Source of the DNA: a virus
Taxonomy: Duplodnaviria > Caudoviricetes
Strand: one strand, 5' to 3'
Length of the DNA: 32,399 nt
Virus record (IMG/VR): IMGVR_UViG_3300044676_003071
Coordinates: 1 to 32,399 of that record
Position 1 is the first letter of the stretch, and each line of letters starts with the position of its first letter. Made by a program: the position numbers and the translations under genes. The notes beneath the pieces were generated by a model that had not been told where the DNA came from, did not search any database, and worked only from the letters and a program-made list of their open reading frames with translations. Positions 17,159 through 25,357 of this stretch are shown one piece after another.

Positions 17159-18351
17159 CCGTCCCGAAGGTTGAGGTTGGTTTCTCCGGGCCGGGGGTCG
17201 ATTCGTCGTTCAAGTTGGACTCGTCGACTCGTGGGATTCTTGGCACGGCACGTCTTGGCCCGGTCGACACGCTCGTCGACCTGTCGAACAGGCTGGTCGC
17301 GATTCAGGTTGAGCGTGGCAAGAACGAGTTGACCTCTCCGATGTCTGCCGGTCGTGCTGCTGTCACGCTCCGTAACCGTGATGGTGCGCTCGACCCTCTG
17401 AACACCGCGTCCATCTACTACCCCGGAGTTGAGCCGCGCCGGTCGGTCAACATCTACGCGGACGGGAATCAGGTGTTCGCAGGGTTCGTCGACTCTATTG
17501 ACCTCGACTACGGGCCGGGTGGTCAGGCTGACGTGACAATCGTCGCCACGGACGGTCTCGCCCGTATGGGTCAGGCCACGTTCGGCACCGCAGGACTCAC
17601 CGTATCTGCGGAGGACTCCGGCTCACGCATCGAGACGGTCATCGCTTCCGACACGTCCTACTGGTCCGGTGGCACGGCGGTTGACACGGGTGACTCGACG
17701 CTTGCCGCAGGCACGGCAACCGGGAACGTCCTGTCGTACTTGCAGCAGGTGGAGCGGTCTGAGGGTGGCCTCCTCTTCTCTGGACGGTCGGGCAACCTAG
17801 AGTTCCGCGACCGGAACTACGGTGCGGAGAACCCGACCAGCCTGACCCTGTCCGACGCTGGCAGCGGCATCCCCTACCAGTTGATGGCACGGGTGTCCGG
17901 CGACGCAGACTTCTACAACCGGGTCGTCGCCAGCATCGCAGATGTCGAGTACGAAGCAGACAACACAGATTCCCAGTCCGACTACGGGCTGCGCGTTCTC
18001 GACCTGTCCACGCTGCTTCTTGACGGCGGCGAGCAGGACCGTGTCGACTGGGAACTGGAACGGCGCGGCAGGCTCATTCCGACCGTGCGTGCGGTCGAGG
18101 TTTTTCAGACTGTGACCGCCGCGACTGCGGTTCTTCCGCTGGAGCTCGGCGACCGACTTGACATTATTTTCACGCCACCCGGCGTCTCACAGTTGACACA
18201 GGACTCTGTTGTCGTCCGTGTCGGGCACCGTTGGGTTGACGGTGAGCCGTGGAGGACCGTCATCGGCGTTCGCAGTATTGAGCAAGACCCGTTCTTCGTG
18301 TTGGACGATGCTACGCTGGGCCAAATCGGTGTCGGCAGGCTGGCCTTCTAG
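17155..18351 (+). CDS. Minor tail/tail-tip hub protein
   Basis: Follows tape measure; LRNRDGALDP, QVERSEGGLLF, LELGD. Confidence 0.75.
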   Translation: MTVPKVEVGFSGPGVDSSFKLDSSTRGILGTARLGPVDTLVDLSNRLVAIQVERGKNELTSPMSAGRAAVTLRNRDGALDPLNTASIYYPGVEPRRSVNIYADGNQVFAGFVDSIDLDYGPGGQADVTIVATDGLARMGQATFGTAGLTVSAEDSGSRIETVIASDTSYWSGGTAVDTGDSTLAAGTATGNVLSYLQQVERSEGGLLFSGRSGNLEFRDRNYGAENPTSLTLSDAGSGIPYQLMARVSGDADFYNRVVASIADVEYEADNTDSQSDYGLRVLDLSTLLLDGGEQDRVDWELERRGRLIPTVRAVEVFQTVTAATAVLPLELGDRLDIIFTPPGVSQLTQDSVVVRVGHRWVDGEPWRTVIGVRSIEQDPFFVLDDATLGQIGVGRLAF

Positions 18352-18362
18352 GGGAGGTTCCG

Positions 18363-18752
18363 GTGTCTCTTCGTGGTTACAAGGATTGGACTGTCGGTGA
18401 GGTTGTCACCGAGGCCAACTTTCAGGGCTATTTGCAGGACCAAGTCCTGTTCGTGTTTGACGATTCGACCGCTCGTGGCACGGCTATCGGTACGGCTGTT
18501 GCGTCGGAGGGAATGTTTTCGTATCTGAAGGACACGAACTCTCTGGAGTATTACGACGGTTCGTCGTGGGTTCCGTTTGCTGCCGGTGCGAAGGGTGGCG
18601 GTACGGACCAAATCTTCTATGAAAACGGGACTGCGGTTACTGCGGACTATTCGATTACGTCGGGGTACAACGCGATGACGGCTGGTCCTGTGTCGATTGG
18701 GACGGCTGCGACGGTGACGGTGCCGGTCGGCTCAGAATGGACAATCGTATGA
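18363..18752 (+). CDS. Minor tail/fibre protein
   Basis: GGAGG RBS; EGMFSYLKDTNSLEYYDGSSW and NAMTAGP...VTVPVGSEWTIV modules. Confidence 0.7.
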   Translation: MSLRGYKDWTVGEVVTEANFQGYLQDQVLFVFDDSTARGTAIGTAVASEGMFSYLKDTNSLEYYDGSSWVPFAAGAKGGGTDQIFYENGTAVTADYSITSGYNAMTAGPVSIGTAATVTVPVGSEWTIV

Positions 18753-19333
18753 GCAAGATTCGGCTGTATGGGTCTACGTCGGGGTATGTGGAACTTGCGG
18801 CTCCGGCTGTTGCGGATGATGGGACGCTGACGCTGCCTACTGCGGCTGACGGGTTCGGTCCTGCGGGTATCGGGTCGAACGTCGTACAGGCCGTCAAGAC
18901 TGACACGTTCACGACAACCTCAGACACTTACACGACCGTCACAGGCCTGTCTACCAGCATTACCCCGACCTCAAACACGTCCAAAGTCCTTGTCATCGCG
19001 CAAATCTCCGTCGGCCTGTCGAACGCTGATGCCATGGGCCACTTCAAGGTCACCCGCGGCGGGACTGAAATCTACGTCGGCGACGCCTCATCCAGCCGCG
19101 TCCAAAACGTCTTCGGCGGGTATAACTACGTCAACAACCAAGGGCTGCTTGTTTCTCAGTCCATCGTGTACCTCGACAGCCCAGCGACGACCTCGGCGAC
19201 AAACTACAGGGTCGAAGCGAGGCGAGGGAACGCGGCAGGTACGGCCCGAGTGAACCTGCCACAGGATGGAACCAACAACGCCAACTTCGGGCGAGGGGTC
19301 TCGTCCATCACCGTCATCGAGGTGGCAGCATGA
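18749..19333 (+). CDS. Tail fibre/receptor-binding-like protein
   Basis: GSTSGYVELAAPAVA, VVQAVKTDT...GLSTSITPTSNTSKVLV...YLDSPATTSATNY...SSITVIEV. Confidence 0.7.
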   Translation: MSKIRLYGSTSGYVELAAPAVADDGTLTLPTAADGFGPAGIGSNVVQAVKTDTFTTTSDTYTTVTGLSTSITPTSNTSKVLVIAQISVGLSNADAMGHFKVTRGGTEIYVGDASSSRVQNVFGGYNYVNNQGLLVSQSIVYLDSPATTSATNYRVEARRGNAAGTARVNLPQDGTNNANFGRGVSSITVIEVAA

Positions 19334-19389
19334 CCGACTACACCGCGTCGTCTCTCCGATAACATTCGTTCGACAGTAAAGGAACCCTG

Positions 19390-19716
19390 ATGGACATCCC
19401 CGCAATCCTCACCGCCCGCTGGCCCGGTGCGGCGTGGTCGCTGAATGGCGACTCGTATGAGGGGCTGGACTGGCTTGACGACGCGCCGAAGCCGACGCTT
19501 GACGAGCTGGAGGCGGCGTGGCCTGAGATTCAGTCTGACCGTGCGTGGGCGCAGGTGCGTGCCGAGCGTGACACGCTGCTTGCTGCGTGCGATTGGACGC
19601 AGGTTGCGGACGCTCCGGTGGATGCGCAGGTGTGGGCCGACTATCGGCAGGCGCTTCGTGACGTGCCACAGGACTTCTCTTCGCCTGATGAGGTCGTGTT
19701 TCCGGCGGTGCCGTGA
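19390..19716 (+). CDS. Tail fibre assembly chaperone-like protein
   Basis: RAERDTLLAACDWTQVADAP...WADYRQALRDVP...FP motif; AAGGA RBS. Confidence 0.8.
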   Translation: MDIPAILTARWPGAAWSLNGDSYEGLDWLDDAPKPTLDELEAAWPEIQSDRAWAQVRAERDTLLAACDWTQVADAPVDAQVWADYRQALRDVPQDFSSPDEVVFPAVP

Positions 19717-20189
19717 TGCCAGTCACTATTTCGGGTACCGGGTCGATTACGGGGGCTGGGTTGAATAAGAAGATTGCGGCGTTCACCGCTTCGGGTACTT
19801 GGACGGTTCCTGCCGGTGTGACCTACGCCATCGCACACATGATTGGTGGCGGCGGGAGCATCGGAGATAGCAGCACGGCTAACGCAGGAGGAGACTCCAG
19901 CGTTGCTTTCTCCGGTGGGACGGTGACAGCAAAGGGCGGCGCTCCTGACGATTACAGCAGCGTGCTGACTGCTCCGAGTATTGCTGGTCCCGATAACACG
20001 GGTCGGGGTGCTATCGGTCAAGCCGGTGCATACCCACGTCGCGGTGGGGACTCCAACTGGACCGTGGCTGGCGACGCCGTTACTCCGGCTGCGAGTGTCA
20101 CAGTAACCGTTGGTGCTGGTGGAGCAGCGGGAACAAATGGTGCTGCGGGTGGTTCCGGTTACGTCTACATCGAATACTACGCGGACTGA
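19716..20189 (+). CDS. Glycine-rich tail protein
   Basis: FTASGTWTVPAGV...GGGG...VTVGAGG...GGSGYVYIEY. Confidence 0.75.
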   Translation: MPVTISGTGSITGAGLNKKIAAFTASGTWTVPAGVTYAIAHMIGGGGSIGDSSTANAGGDSSVAFSGGTVTAKGGAPDDYSSVLTAPSIAGPDNTGRGAIGQAGAYPRRGGDSNWTVAGDAVTPAASVTVTVGAGGAAGTNGAAGGSGYVYIEYYAD

Positions 20190-20197
20190 GGTCAATC

Positions 20198-20485
20198 ATG
20201 GGTATGAAGACTGCTGCGCTCATCCGTGACGGTGTCGTCGTCAACGCTGCCGTGTACGACGAGGACACGTCCGCAGACTGGCTTGCTGCGGTCAGCCCGG
20301 AGTATGACGAGGTTCGGATTGTGGACGAGGCTGGTGTCGGCTGGACGGTCGAGGCTGAGGGTCTTCGGATGCCTGCGCCGTTCCCGTCGTGGGTGTGGTC
20401 CGGGTCTGAGTGGGAGGCTCCGATGCCGAAGCCGGACGGCGAGTTCGTGTGGGATGAGGCTGCTGGCGTGTGGGTGGCAGCATGA
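20198..20485 (+). CDS. Hypothetical tail-associated protein
   Basis: PAPFPSWVW...WEAPMPKP...WDE motif following a Gly-rich gene. Confidence 0.7.
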   Translation: MGMKTAALIRDGVVVNAAVYDEDTSADWLAAVSPEYDEVRIVDEAGVGWTVEAEGLRMPAPFPSWVWSGSEWEAPMPKPDGEFVWDEAAGVWVAA

Positions 20486-21015
20486 GCACGGTGAAGGCGA
20501 CGAACTTTCAGCATCCGTCCGCTCCGTCTCCGGCGATTACGCTTGACGCATCGGGCGGTATCACCCTTCCGTCCGACGCCTCTGTGGTCCGTCAGATTGT
20601 GTCGGCTACCAGCGCGAGTGACCAGACAACTACATCCTCATCATTCATCGACGTAACCGGGCTGTCCGTTACCCTCACTCCGACTTCGGTCGCATCGAAG
20701 ATACTCGTCGTGTCCGTGATGACCGTCTACTCGGAGCGAACAGACCAGAACAGCACGGACTCTTACTGGCAGTTGACTGATGGTTCAGACGTTGCCCTTG
20801 AAGGCGCAGAGGGAATGAGGGTCGGTTCCTATCAGACGCTCCGCGTAAGCCCGACCTTCCGCATTTATTCTCCCGTAACGCTTATCGGTCTGGCTGAGCC
20901 AGCGACAACGTCTCCCGTCACCTACAAGGCGAGGTTCAGGCGAGGTAACGATACCGCAGTGATTTTGGGCGCAACTAACACGTCCAAGATTTACGCGATT
21001 GAGTTCGCTGGCTGA
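20482..21015 (+). CDS. Tail fibre-like protein, paralog of 18749-19333
   Basis: VTGLSVTLTPTSVASKILV...PATTSPVTYK...IYAIEF matches the paralog's motifs. Confidence 0.7.
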   Translation: MSTVKATNFQHPSAPSPAITLDASGGITLPSDASVVRQIVSATSASDQTTTSSSFIDVTGLSVTLTPTSVASKILVVSVMTVYSERTDQNSTDSYWQLTDGSDVALEGAEGMRVGSYQTLRVSPTFRIYSPVTLIGLAEPATTSPVTYKARFRRGNDTAVILGATNTSKIYAIEFAG

Positions 21016-21263
21016 TGGACCCGCTGCTGATGGTCGGCGCATGGGCAGGCGCACTCCTCACCATCGCAGCCCTCCTCCGCGGCATTTACACTCTCTTCCT
21101 CAAAGCAGTCAAAGCAGCAATCCGTGAGGAGATGAGCAGAATGTGGACCGACCAAGACCAAATCGAACAGCGTCTCACCGCGCTGGAGTTGGCTCTTGCC
21201 TACGTCCGCGAACAGGTTGACACGCTGAAGACGATGATGCAGGCCCACATCGACAACGAATGA
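21015..21263 (+). CDS. Membrane protein (one TM plus coiled coil), lysis region
   Basis: N-terminal hydrophobic helix then RLTALELAL heptads. Confidence 0.65.
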   Translation: MDPLLMVGAWAGALLTIAALLRGIYTLFLKAVKAAIREEMSRMWTDQDQIEQRLTALELALAYVREQVDTLKTMMQAHIDNE

Positions 21264-21535
21264 TGGACCGCTGGAAGCACCGCAGGCGGCTCGTCTACTT
21301 CACGGTCGGCTTCGCCACCTGCATGATTCTCATCGGCGCGTTTGACATTTCTGACCGTCAAGTGTCGTCGCAGCTCGTCATTGGCGGCGTGAGTCTTGTG
21401 TCGCTTATCCTGTCCGGGTATGTGTTCGCCGCAACATTCGACGACCGATGGAGCAACTACCGTGGATTTTCTGACGAGTATTCGCAGGACCGTGGTCCCG
21501 ATGATTATGGGGTGGGTGGGGACGCTGCCCATTAG
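21260..21535 (+). CDS. Holin-like membrane protein (two TM)
   Basis: WKHRRR then two hydrophobic segments; Met-Met start. Confidence 0.6.
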   Translation: MMDRWKHRRRLVYFTVGFATCMILIGAFDISDRQVSSQLVIGGVSLVSLILSGYVFAATFDDRWSNYRGFSDEYSQDRGPDDYGVGGDAAH

Positions 21536-21695
21536 CCCGTATGTGAATGAGCCGCTGGTTGAGACGGCGCTGGTCGCCATCATCGGCGCGGTCTACTACG
21601 CCGTGATGCGTCTGCTAGAGGAGCGTGGCGTCAAGGTCGCGTCGTTCCTGATTGGGTTCGGGTTTACGGCTGCGCCGAAGTATCAGGCTGACTGA
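21462..21695 (+). CDS. Holin-like membrane protein
   Basis: GTG 21462 after GGAG; SIRRTVVPMIMG...IIGAVYYAVMRLLE; TGATG coupling to the amidase. Confidence 0.65.
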   Translation: MDFLTSIRRTVVPMIMGWVGTLPISPYVNEPLVETALVAIIGAVYYAVMRLLEERGVKVASFLIGFGFTAAPKYQAD

Positions 21696-22306
21696 TGCGG
21701 ATTGTCTCGCGTGCTGAGTGGGGTGCGGTTCCGGCGCGGTCGACGACTCCGCTGAGACCGGAGCGCGTCAACCTTTTCGTGTTGCATCACACGACTGGGT
21801 CGTATCGTGGGCAGCGGTCGGTGCAGCAGATTCAGGCGTTTCATCAGGGGCCGGAACGGAAGTGGGCCGACATCGGTTACAACTTCCTTGTGGCCCCGGA
21901 CGGCACCGTCTACGAAGGCCGGGGGTGGGGGTTTGCTGGGGCGCACGCGCGCGGCAAGAACTCCGAATCCATCGGTGTCGCCTTCATCGGTGACGGGGCG
22001 AAGGAGATGCCTGCGGCTGCGAAGGCGGCGGTGCTGGAGTTGCTTCGTCAGGCTGAGGAGCGGTTCGGTGCGTTGCGGACGGTGGGTCATCGGGACGTTG
22101 GTAAGACGGCGTGCCCCGGCGATTCGATTTACGCTTGGTGGTCTTCAGATGCGCGCAGCGCTGTCAAGTTGCCTGCGAAGGTGACCACACCGGGGAAGGC
22201 CGAAGTCTCCGCAGAGCGCACTACAGCGCGTCGTAGCCCGGTGCCTGATTTGCGTGCCGGTTGGCGTGGGTTTATTGAGCGGTCGGGCTGGCGGCGTTCT
22301 CGCTGA
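21695..22306 (+). CDS. Endolysin, N-acetylmuramoyl-L-alanine amidase (Amidase_2/PGRP-like)
   Basis: IVSRAEWGA, LHHT, WADIGYNF, EGRGW..GAH, GHRD, TACPG. Confidence 0.93.
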   Translation: MRIVSRAEWGAVPARSTTPLRPERVNLFVLHHTTGSYRGQRSVQQIQAFHQGPERKWADIGYNFLVAPDGTVYEGRGWGFAGAHARGKNSESIGVAFIGDGAKEMPAAAKAAVLELLRQAEERFGALRTVGHRDVGKTACPGDSIYAWWSSDARSAVKLPAKVTTPGKAEVSAERTTARRSPVPDLRAGWRGFIERSGWRRSR

Positions 22307-22351
22307 TTGACACGCTATTTTCCACGCCGTCGTCAACACAAAGGACGAAGG

Positions 22352-22576
22352 GTGGAAGAGTTCCTCGCCGTGCAGAAGTCCAACCGTTCGCCGGGAATGT
22401 CAGGTTGGTGGGAGCAGGTCATCCCCGAACTTGACGGGGAGCAGCATCGGTCGCTGATGGAAGCGGCAGCGTCCGACCGCATCTCACACCGGACGATTGC
22501 TGTCGTGCTTGGCAAGTGGGGTCACGAAGTCTCGCCGCAGCAGGTGGGGCATTGGAGGCGCACCCATGTCCGCTGA
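22352..22576 (+). CDS. Small hypothetical protein, possible HTH
   Basis: ISHRTIAVVLGKWGHEVSPQQVGHWRR; overlaps the next start. Confidence 0.55.
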   Translation: MEEFLAVQKSNRSPGMSGWWEQVIPELDGEQHRSLMEAAASDRISHRTIAVVLGKWGHEVSPQQVGHWRRTHVR

Positions 22577-23756
22577 CGAGTTCCTGAAAGTGCAGCGCGA
22601 CATTGAAGATGCGAAGGTTCCGAAGCGCGCCCATCCGAAGGGCTGGGAACCCGGCCTCGACAGCGAGAAGGGTGTCGTCACCCACCTGAGCGGTTCGCCT
22701 ACGCCACCGTCATCGTGGGACGGCATCATCCACGAGTTGGGTCTCGACCCGAACGAGTTCACGGTCGACCCGTCGCAGAGCGTGCAGGTCCGCACTTGGG
22801 ACACGCCGGGTGCTGATGGCGGTCGGATGTATTACTACAAGGCGTCGGTCATCCCTGCGACAAGCGTCAGCACGCAGGATGTGGACGACCTCATCCGCGA
22901 GGTCAGGCGACGCAAGCCCAAGCCCCCGAAGGACATTCTCGCTGAGCGTGCGCTCGTGGCCTGTCTTGCTGACTGGCAGGCCGGGAAAGCAGATAGCGGC
23001 GGCGTGGAGGCGCTCGTCGAACGTCTGCTTGCGCTGAAGGACGCGATACCTGCGCGCATCCGCGAGGCGCAGAAGGTCGGCAAACCCATCTCGCATTTGT
23101 ATGTCGTCACGATGGGCGACCTCATTGAGAACTGTTCGGGCCACTACCCGATGCAGTCATTTTCCGTCGAGCTCGACCGGCGACAACAGGTGAAGTTGGT
23201 GCGTCGGATGCTGACGATGATGCTTATGGAGTGGTCGAAGTTGCCGGTCAAGATTGTGGTCGGCGCGGTGCCGGGGAATCACGGTGAAAATCGCAACGCA
23301 TCCGGGAAGGCCTATACCTCGTTTGAGGACAACGATGACCTAGCGGTCGTGGAACAGGTGCAGGAAATACTGGGCGCGAATGAGGAGGCTTTTGGGAACA
23401 TCTCGTGGGTGCTGCCGGATGGGGACATGACCATCACGCTTGACATCTGTGGTCAGGTGGTCGGGTTCTTGCATGGGCATCAGGCGCGTCGGGGTTCTAC
23501 GCCGCAGGCGAAGTTGCAGGGTTGGTGGCGTGGGAAGATGGCCTCGCAGCATCCGATTGGTGACGCTGAGATTTTGGTGTCTGCCCATTACCATCATCTG
23601 ACGGTCGTGGTTGACGGGCCACGGACGTGGATGCAATGTCCTGCGAATGATGGTGGGAGCCGGTGGTTCGTCGAGCAGGGTGGCGCGACGACCGCGTGCG
23701 GCACCCTGACGTTCGTGTGCGACAAGGACGGCTGGCATGGACTCCAAGTCCTCTGA
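22566..23756 (+). CDS. Calcineurin-like metallophosphoesterase
   Basis: ADWQ (DxH variant), GDLIE, GNHG, HGH, AHYHH in canonical order. Confidence 0.85.
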   Translation: MSADEFLKVQRDIEDAKVPKRAHPKGWEPGLDSEKGVVTHLSGSPTPPSSWDGIIHELGLDPNEFTVDPSQSVQVRTWDTPGADGGRMYYYKASVIPATSVSTQDVDDLIREVRRRKPKPPKDILAERALVACLADWQAGKADSGGVEALVERLLALKDAIPARIREAQKVGKPISHLYVVTMGDLIENCSGHYPMQSFSVELDRRQQVKLVRRMLTMMLMEWSKLPVKIVVGAVPGNHGENRNASGKAYTSFEDNDDLAVVEQVQEILGANEEAFGNISWVLPDGDMTITLDICGQVVGFLHGHQARRGSTPQAKLQGWWRGKMASQHPIGDAEILVSAHYHHLTVVVDGPRTWMQCPANDGGSRWFVEQGGATTACGTLTFVCDKDGWHGLQVL

Positions 23757-23874
23757 GAATGACGACAGCGACGAGCGTGACGTGCTGCTGCATCGTGAGA
23801 TGGACCGTCTGATTGAGATGTGGGATGACGAGCCTTCGCATGAGAAGTGTCATCGGGGTTCCCGGTGGAGATAG
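23737..23874 (+). CDS. Small acidic hypothetical protein (45 aa); absent from the ORF track
   Basis: MDSKSSENDDSDERDVLLHREMDRLIEMWDD...; fills the gap between neighbours. Confidence 0.45.
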   Translation: MDSKSSENDDSDERDVLLHREMDRLIEMWDDEPSHEKCHRGSRWR

Positions 23875-24158
23875 CACTCGGCCCGTATGTCATCCGGGTG
23901 TTGACTGACGAAGCGACGGACATCCGTCTCGCGGAGGATTCGGTCGACGGGGATTCGGATGTGCGTCGGGGCGTGATTCGTGTGAGGTCGGACCTTGACC
24001 ATGCACGGTTCCGTGAGGTGCTGCTGCATGAACTGCTGCATCACATTGTCGGGCTGACGCATCTGCAAACGCGGTGGTCGGATGAGGAGCAGGAGGAAGT
24101 GATTCGTGCGCTGTCGCCTTGGTTGGCGATGGTGGCGACGGTGGGTGTGTCGGACTAA
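23847..24158 (+). CDS. Small HExxH zinc metallopeptidase-like protein
   Basis: IRVRSDL...EVLLHELLH...EE; start uncertain. Confidence 0.7.
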   Translation: MSSGFPVEIALGPYVIRVLTDEATDIRLAEDSVDGDSDVRRGVIRVRSDLDHARFREVLLHELLHHIVGLTHLQTRWSDEEQEEVIRALSPWLAMVATVGVSD

Positions 24159-24165
24159 TACGAAA

Positions 24166-24204
24166 CGCTCGCCTGCCCCGGCGTTTCCGGGCTTATGGCG
24201 AGCG
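24166..24204 (+). terminator. Hairpin at the end of the late operon (possible terminator without a U-tract)
   Basis: CGCTCGCC 24166-73 / GGCGAGCG 24197-204 with an inner CCGG/CCGG stem. Confidence 0.4.
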
Positions 24205-24283
24205 CTCCGTAGTGGTAGTTCTGGCACCCCTGCCTGTCCCTGACCACGTCGGGCACGCTAGGCGTTTTGCGGCAGGTTTCGCA

Positions 24284-24402
24284 AATCGGCCCGATTCGGC
24301 CGAAATCGGCAGAACTAGTGCGGGTTTGGTGCTTGACAGGAGCGCGCCCTCTCCTGTACCCTACGCTTACACGGGGATAGCCCCCGGAGAGAGGAGAACA
24401 AG
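24284..24402 (+). promoter_or_regulatory. Promoter P2 with upstream conserved motif, 5' hairpin and RBS
   Basis: AATCGGC 24284, ATTCGGC 24294, AATCGGC 24304, GAACTAG 24312, TTGACA 24333-38, 18 bp, TACCCT 24357-62, CTTACACGGGGA..CCCCGGAGAG leader shared with P1. Confidence 0.85.
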
Positions 24403-24624
24403 ATGAGCACCGCGACCCCCACCGACATCGACTACCGCCGCGCAAACGGAACCCTCGATGAGGCTGCCGCGCAAATCCGAGAGGCGCACGAGACCCTTCT
24501 CGCCGCATGGCAGCTGGTCCGCGAACTCAACCACGGCGCATACAACGAGCACGAGCTGGCGCTGATGGAAGCGGCAAAGTTCGCCGCGCTCGCATACAAG
24601 GCGCTCCCGAAGAACCACATCTGA
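24403..24624 (+). CDS. Hypothetical protein (73 aa)
   Basis: First gene after P2, strong RBS. Confidence 0.8.
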   Translation: MSTATPTDIDYRRANGTLDEAAAQIREAHETLLAAWQLVRELNHGAYNEHELALMEAAKFAALAYKALPKNHI

Positions 24625-24684
24625 GTCGAAACCCCTTCGGGAATCCGGTGAGGACTGACCGCCCACCGCTGACGAGACAGGTCG
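24625..24684 (+). ncRNA. Type II hammerhead ribozyme, second copy with imperfect stem III; predicted site after C24645
   Basis: GUC-GAAA-CCCC UUCG GGAA-UC^-CGGUG[AGGACUGACCGCC]CACCG-CUGACGA-GAC; UGACC 24656-60 pairs with GGUCG 24680-84. Confidence 0.8.
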
Positions 24685-24699
24685 AGAGAGGAGCAGAAC

Positions 24700-24837
24700 A
24701 TGAGCAAGCGGACGGAAGAGGCGACCAGCACAAGCGAGGCGCGCGATGCGATGAGAATGGCGCTGGCCTCTTACATCGGATGGAAGGCGCTGATGGCAGA
24801 GGCAGAGCGCCTTGCGAAGCAGGAGGTGCAGGCATGA
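24700..24837 (+). CDS. Hypothetical protein (45 aa); absent from the ORF track
   Basis: GAGAGGAG RBS; MSKRTEEATSTSEARDAMRMALASYIGWKALMAEAERLAKQEVQA*; ATGA overlap with the next gene. Confidence 0.75.
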   Translation: MSKRTEEATSTSEARDAMRMALASYIGWKALMAEAERLAKQEVQA

Positions 24838-25070
24838 GAGGCGGCAAGGAGTACCGGCCCCGGCTCCTGATGGGCGGCGATGGTTCACACGTCCTAGTGA
24901 TTCGCGGCGAGAAGGTCGCACGTATCCGCGAGAGCGGTATCGGAAGGTTCACGCTCACCATGCAGGACGGGCGCGAGCTGGGCCGCTATCGCACCCGTAA
25001 AGCGGCGGTCGAAGCGCTCCTACCGATGCTCGCGCAACTTGACGCCGGGAGCAGACTTGACGTAGCTTGA
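24834..25070 (+). CDS. Hypothetical protein (78 aa)
   Basis: AGGAGG RBS; 3' part of track ORF 24507-25070. Confidence 0.7.
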   Translation: MRGGKEYRPRLLMGGDGSHVLVIRGEKVARIRESGIGRFTLTMQDGRELGRYRTRKAAVEALLPMLAQLDAGSRLDVA

Positions 25071-25107
25071 CGCCTTGGCAGCGCGTCCGAGACCGGGCTG
25101 CGCGCCA

Positions 25108-25171
25108 CCGGGGGTAGCGGTCCCCTCTCCTCTCGCCGCTACCCCCGGCCCAACTTCCGAGGAGAGAAGGA
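25108..25171 (+). promoter_or_regulatory. 13-bp hairpin whose loop is complementary to the downstream RBS region
   Basis: CCGGGGGTAGCGG 25108-20 / CCGCTACCCCCGG 25136-48; loop CTCTCCTC 25125-32 vs GAGGAGAG 25159-66. Confidence 0.65.
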
Positions 25172-25177
25172 AGAGCA

Positions 25178-25357
25178 ATGCGGAAGACCATTGAACGTGA
25201 GTTTGAGATTCGGTCAGGCGGCGAGCCGCTGGTCCCGTGGATGTTCCAGCAGCACAACGCCGGGTCGTCCCTGCGTGTCATCGCTGACCGTCTGACGGAG
25301 ATGACCGGAGTTCGGGTGTCGCACGAGTCGGTGCGGCAATGGATGAAGGCAGGCTGA
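25178..25357 (+). CDS. Small helix-turn-helix protein (59 aa); absent from the ORF track
   Basis: GSSLRVIADRLTEMTGVRVSHESVRQWM; TGATG coupling to the next gene. Confidence 0.75.
   Translation: MRKTIEREFEIRSGGEPLVPWMFQQHNAGSSLRVIADRLTEMTGVRVSHESVRQWMKAG

Noticed and set aside
18749-21015. Paralogous tail genes as a diversity-generating retroelement TR/VR pair
   Set aside because: No reverse transcriptase, and no near-identical nucleotide repeat differing only at adenines.
22307-22340. TTGACA after the amidase as a fourth promoter
   Set aside because: No TAnnnT at 16-19 bp and none of the upstream motif; only a short TTGAC/GTCAA inverted repeat.
23847-24158. HExxH protein as an ImmA/IrrE anti-repressor of a lysogeny switch
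   Set aside because: No integrase or divergent CI-like repressor was found, so a lysogeny role is unsupported.
7026-24684. The two hammerheads as ends of a retrozyme or circular RNA
   Set aside because: They lie about 17.6 kb apart, are diverged, are separated by a terminator, and no RT is present.
25075-25175. HDV-like or twister ribozyme
   Set aside because: I could not fit the nested P1/P2/P3/P1.1 topology or twister conserved nucleotides; kept only as a pseudoknot candidate.
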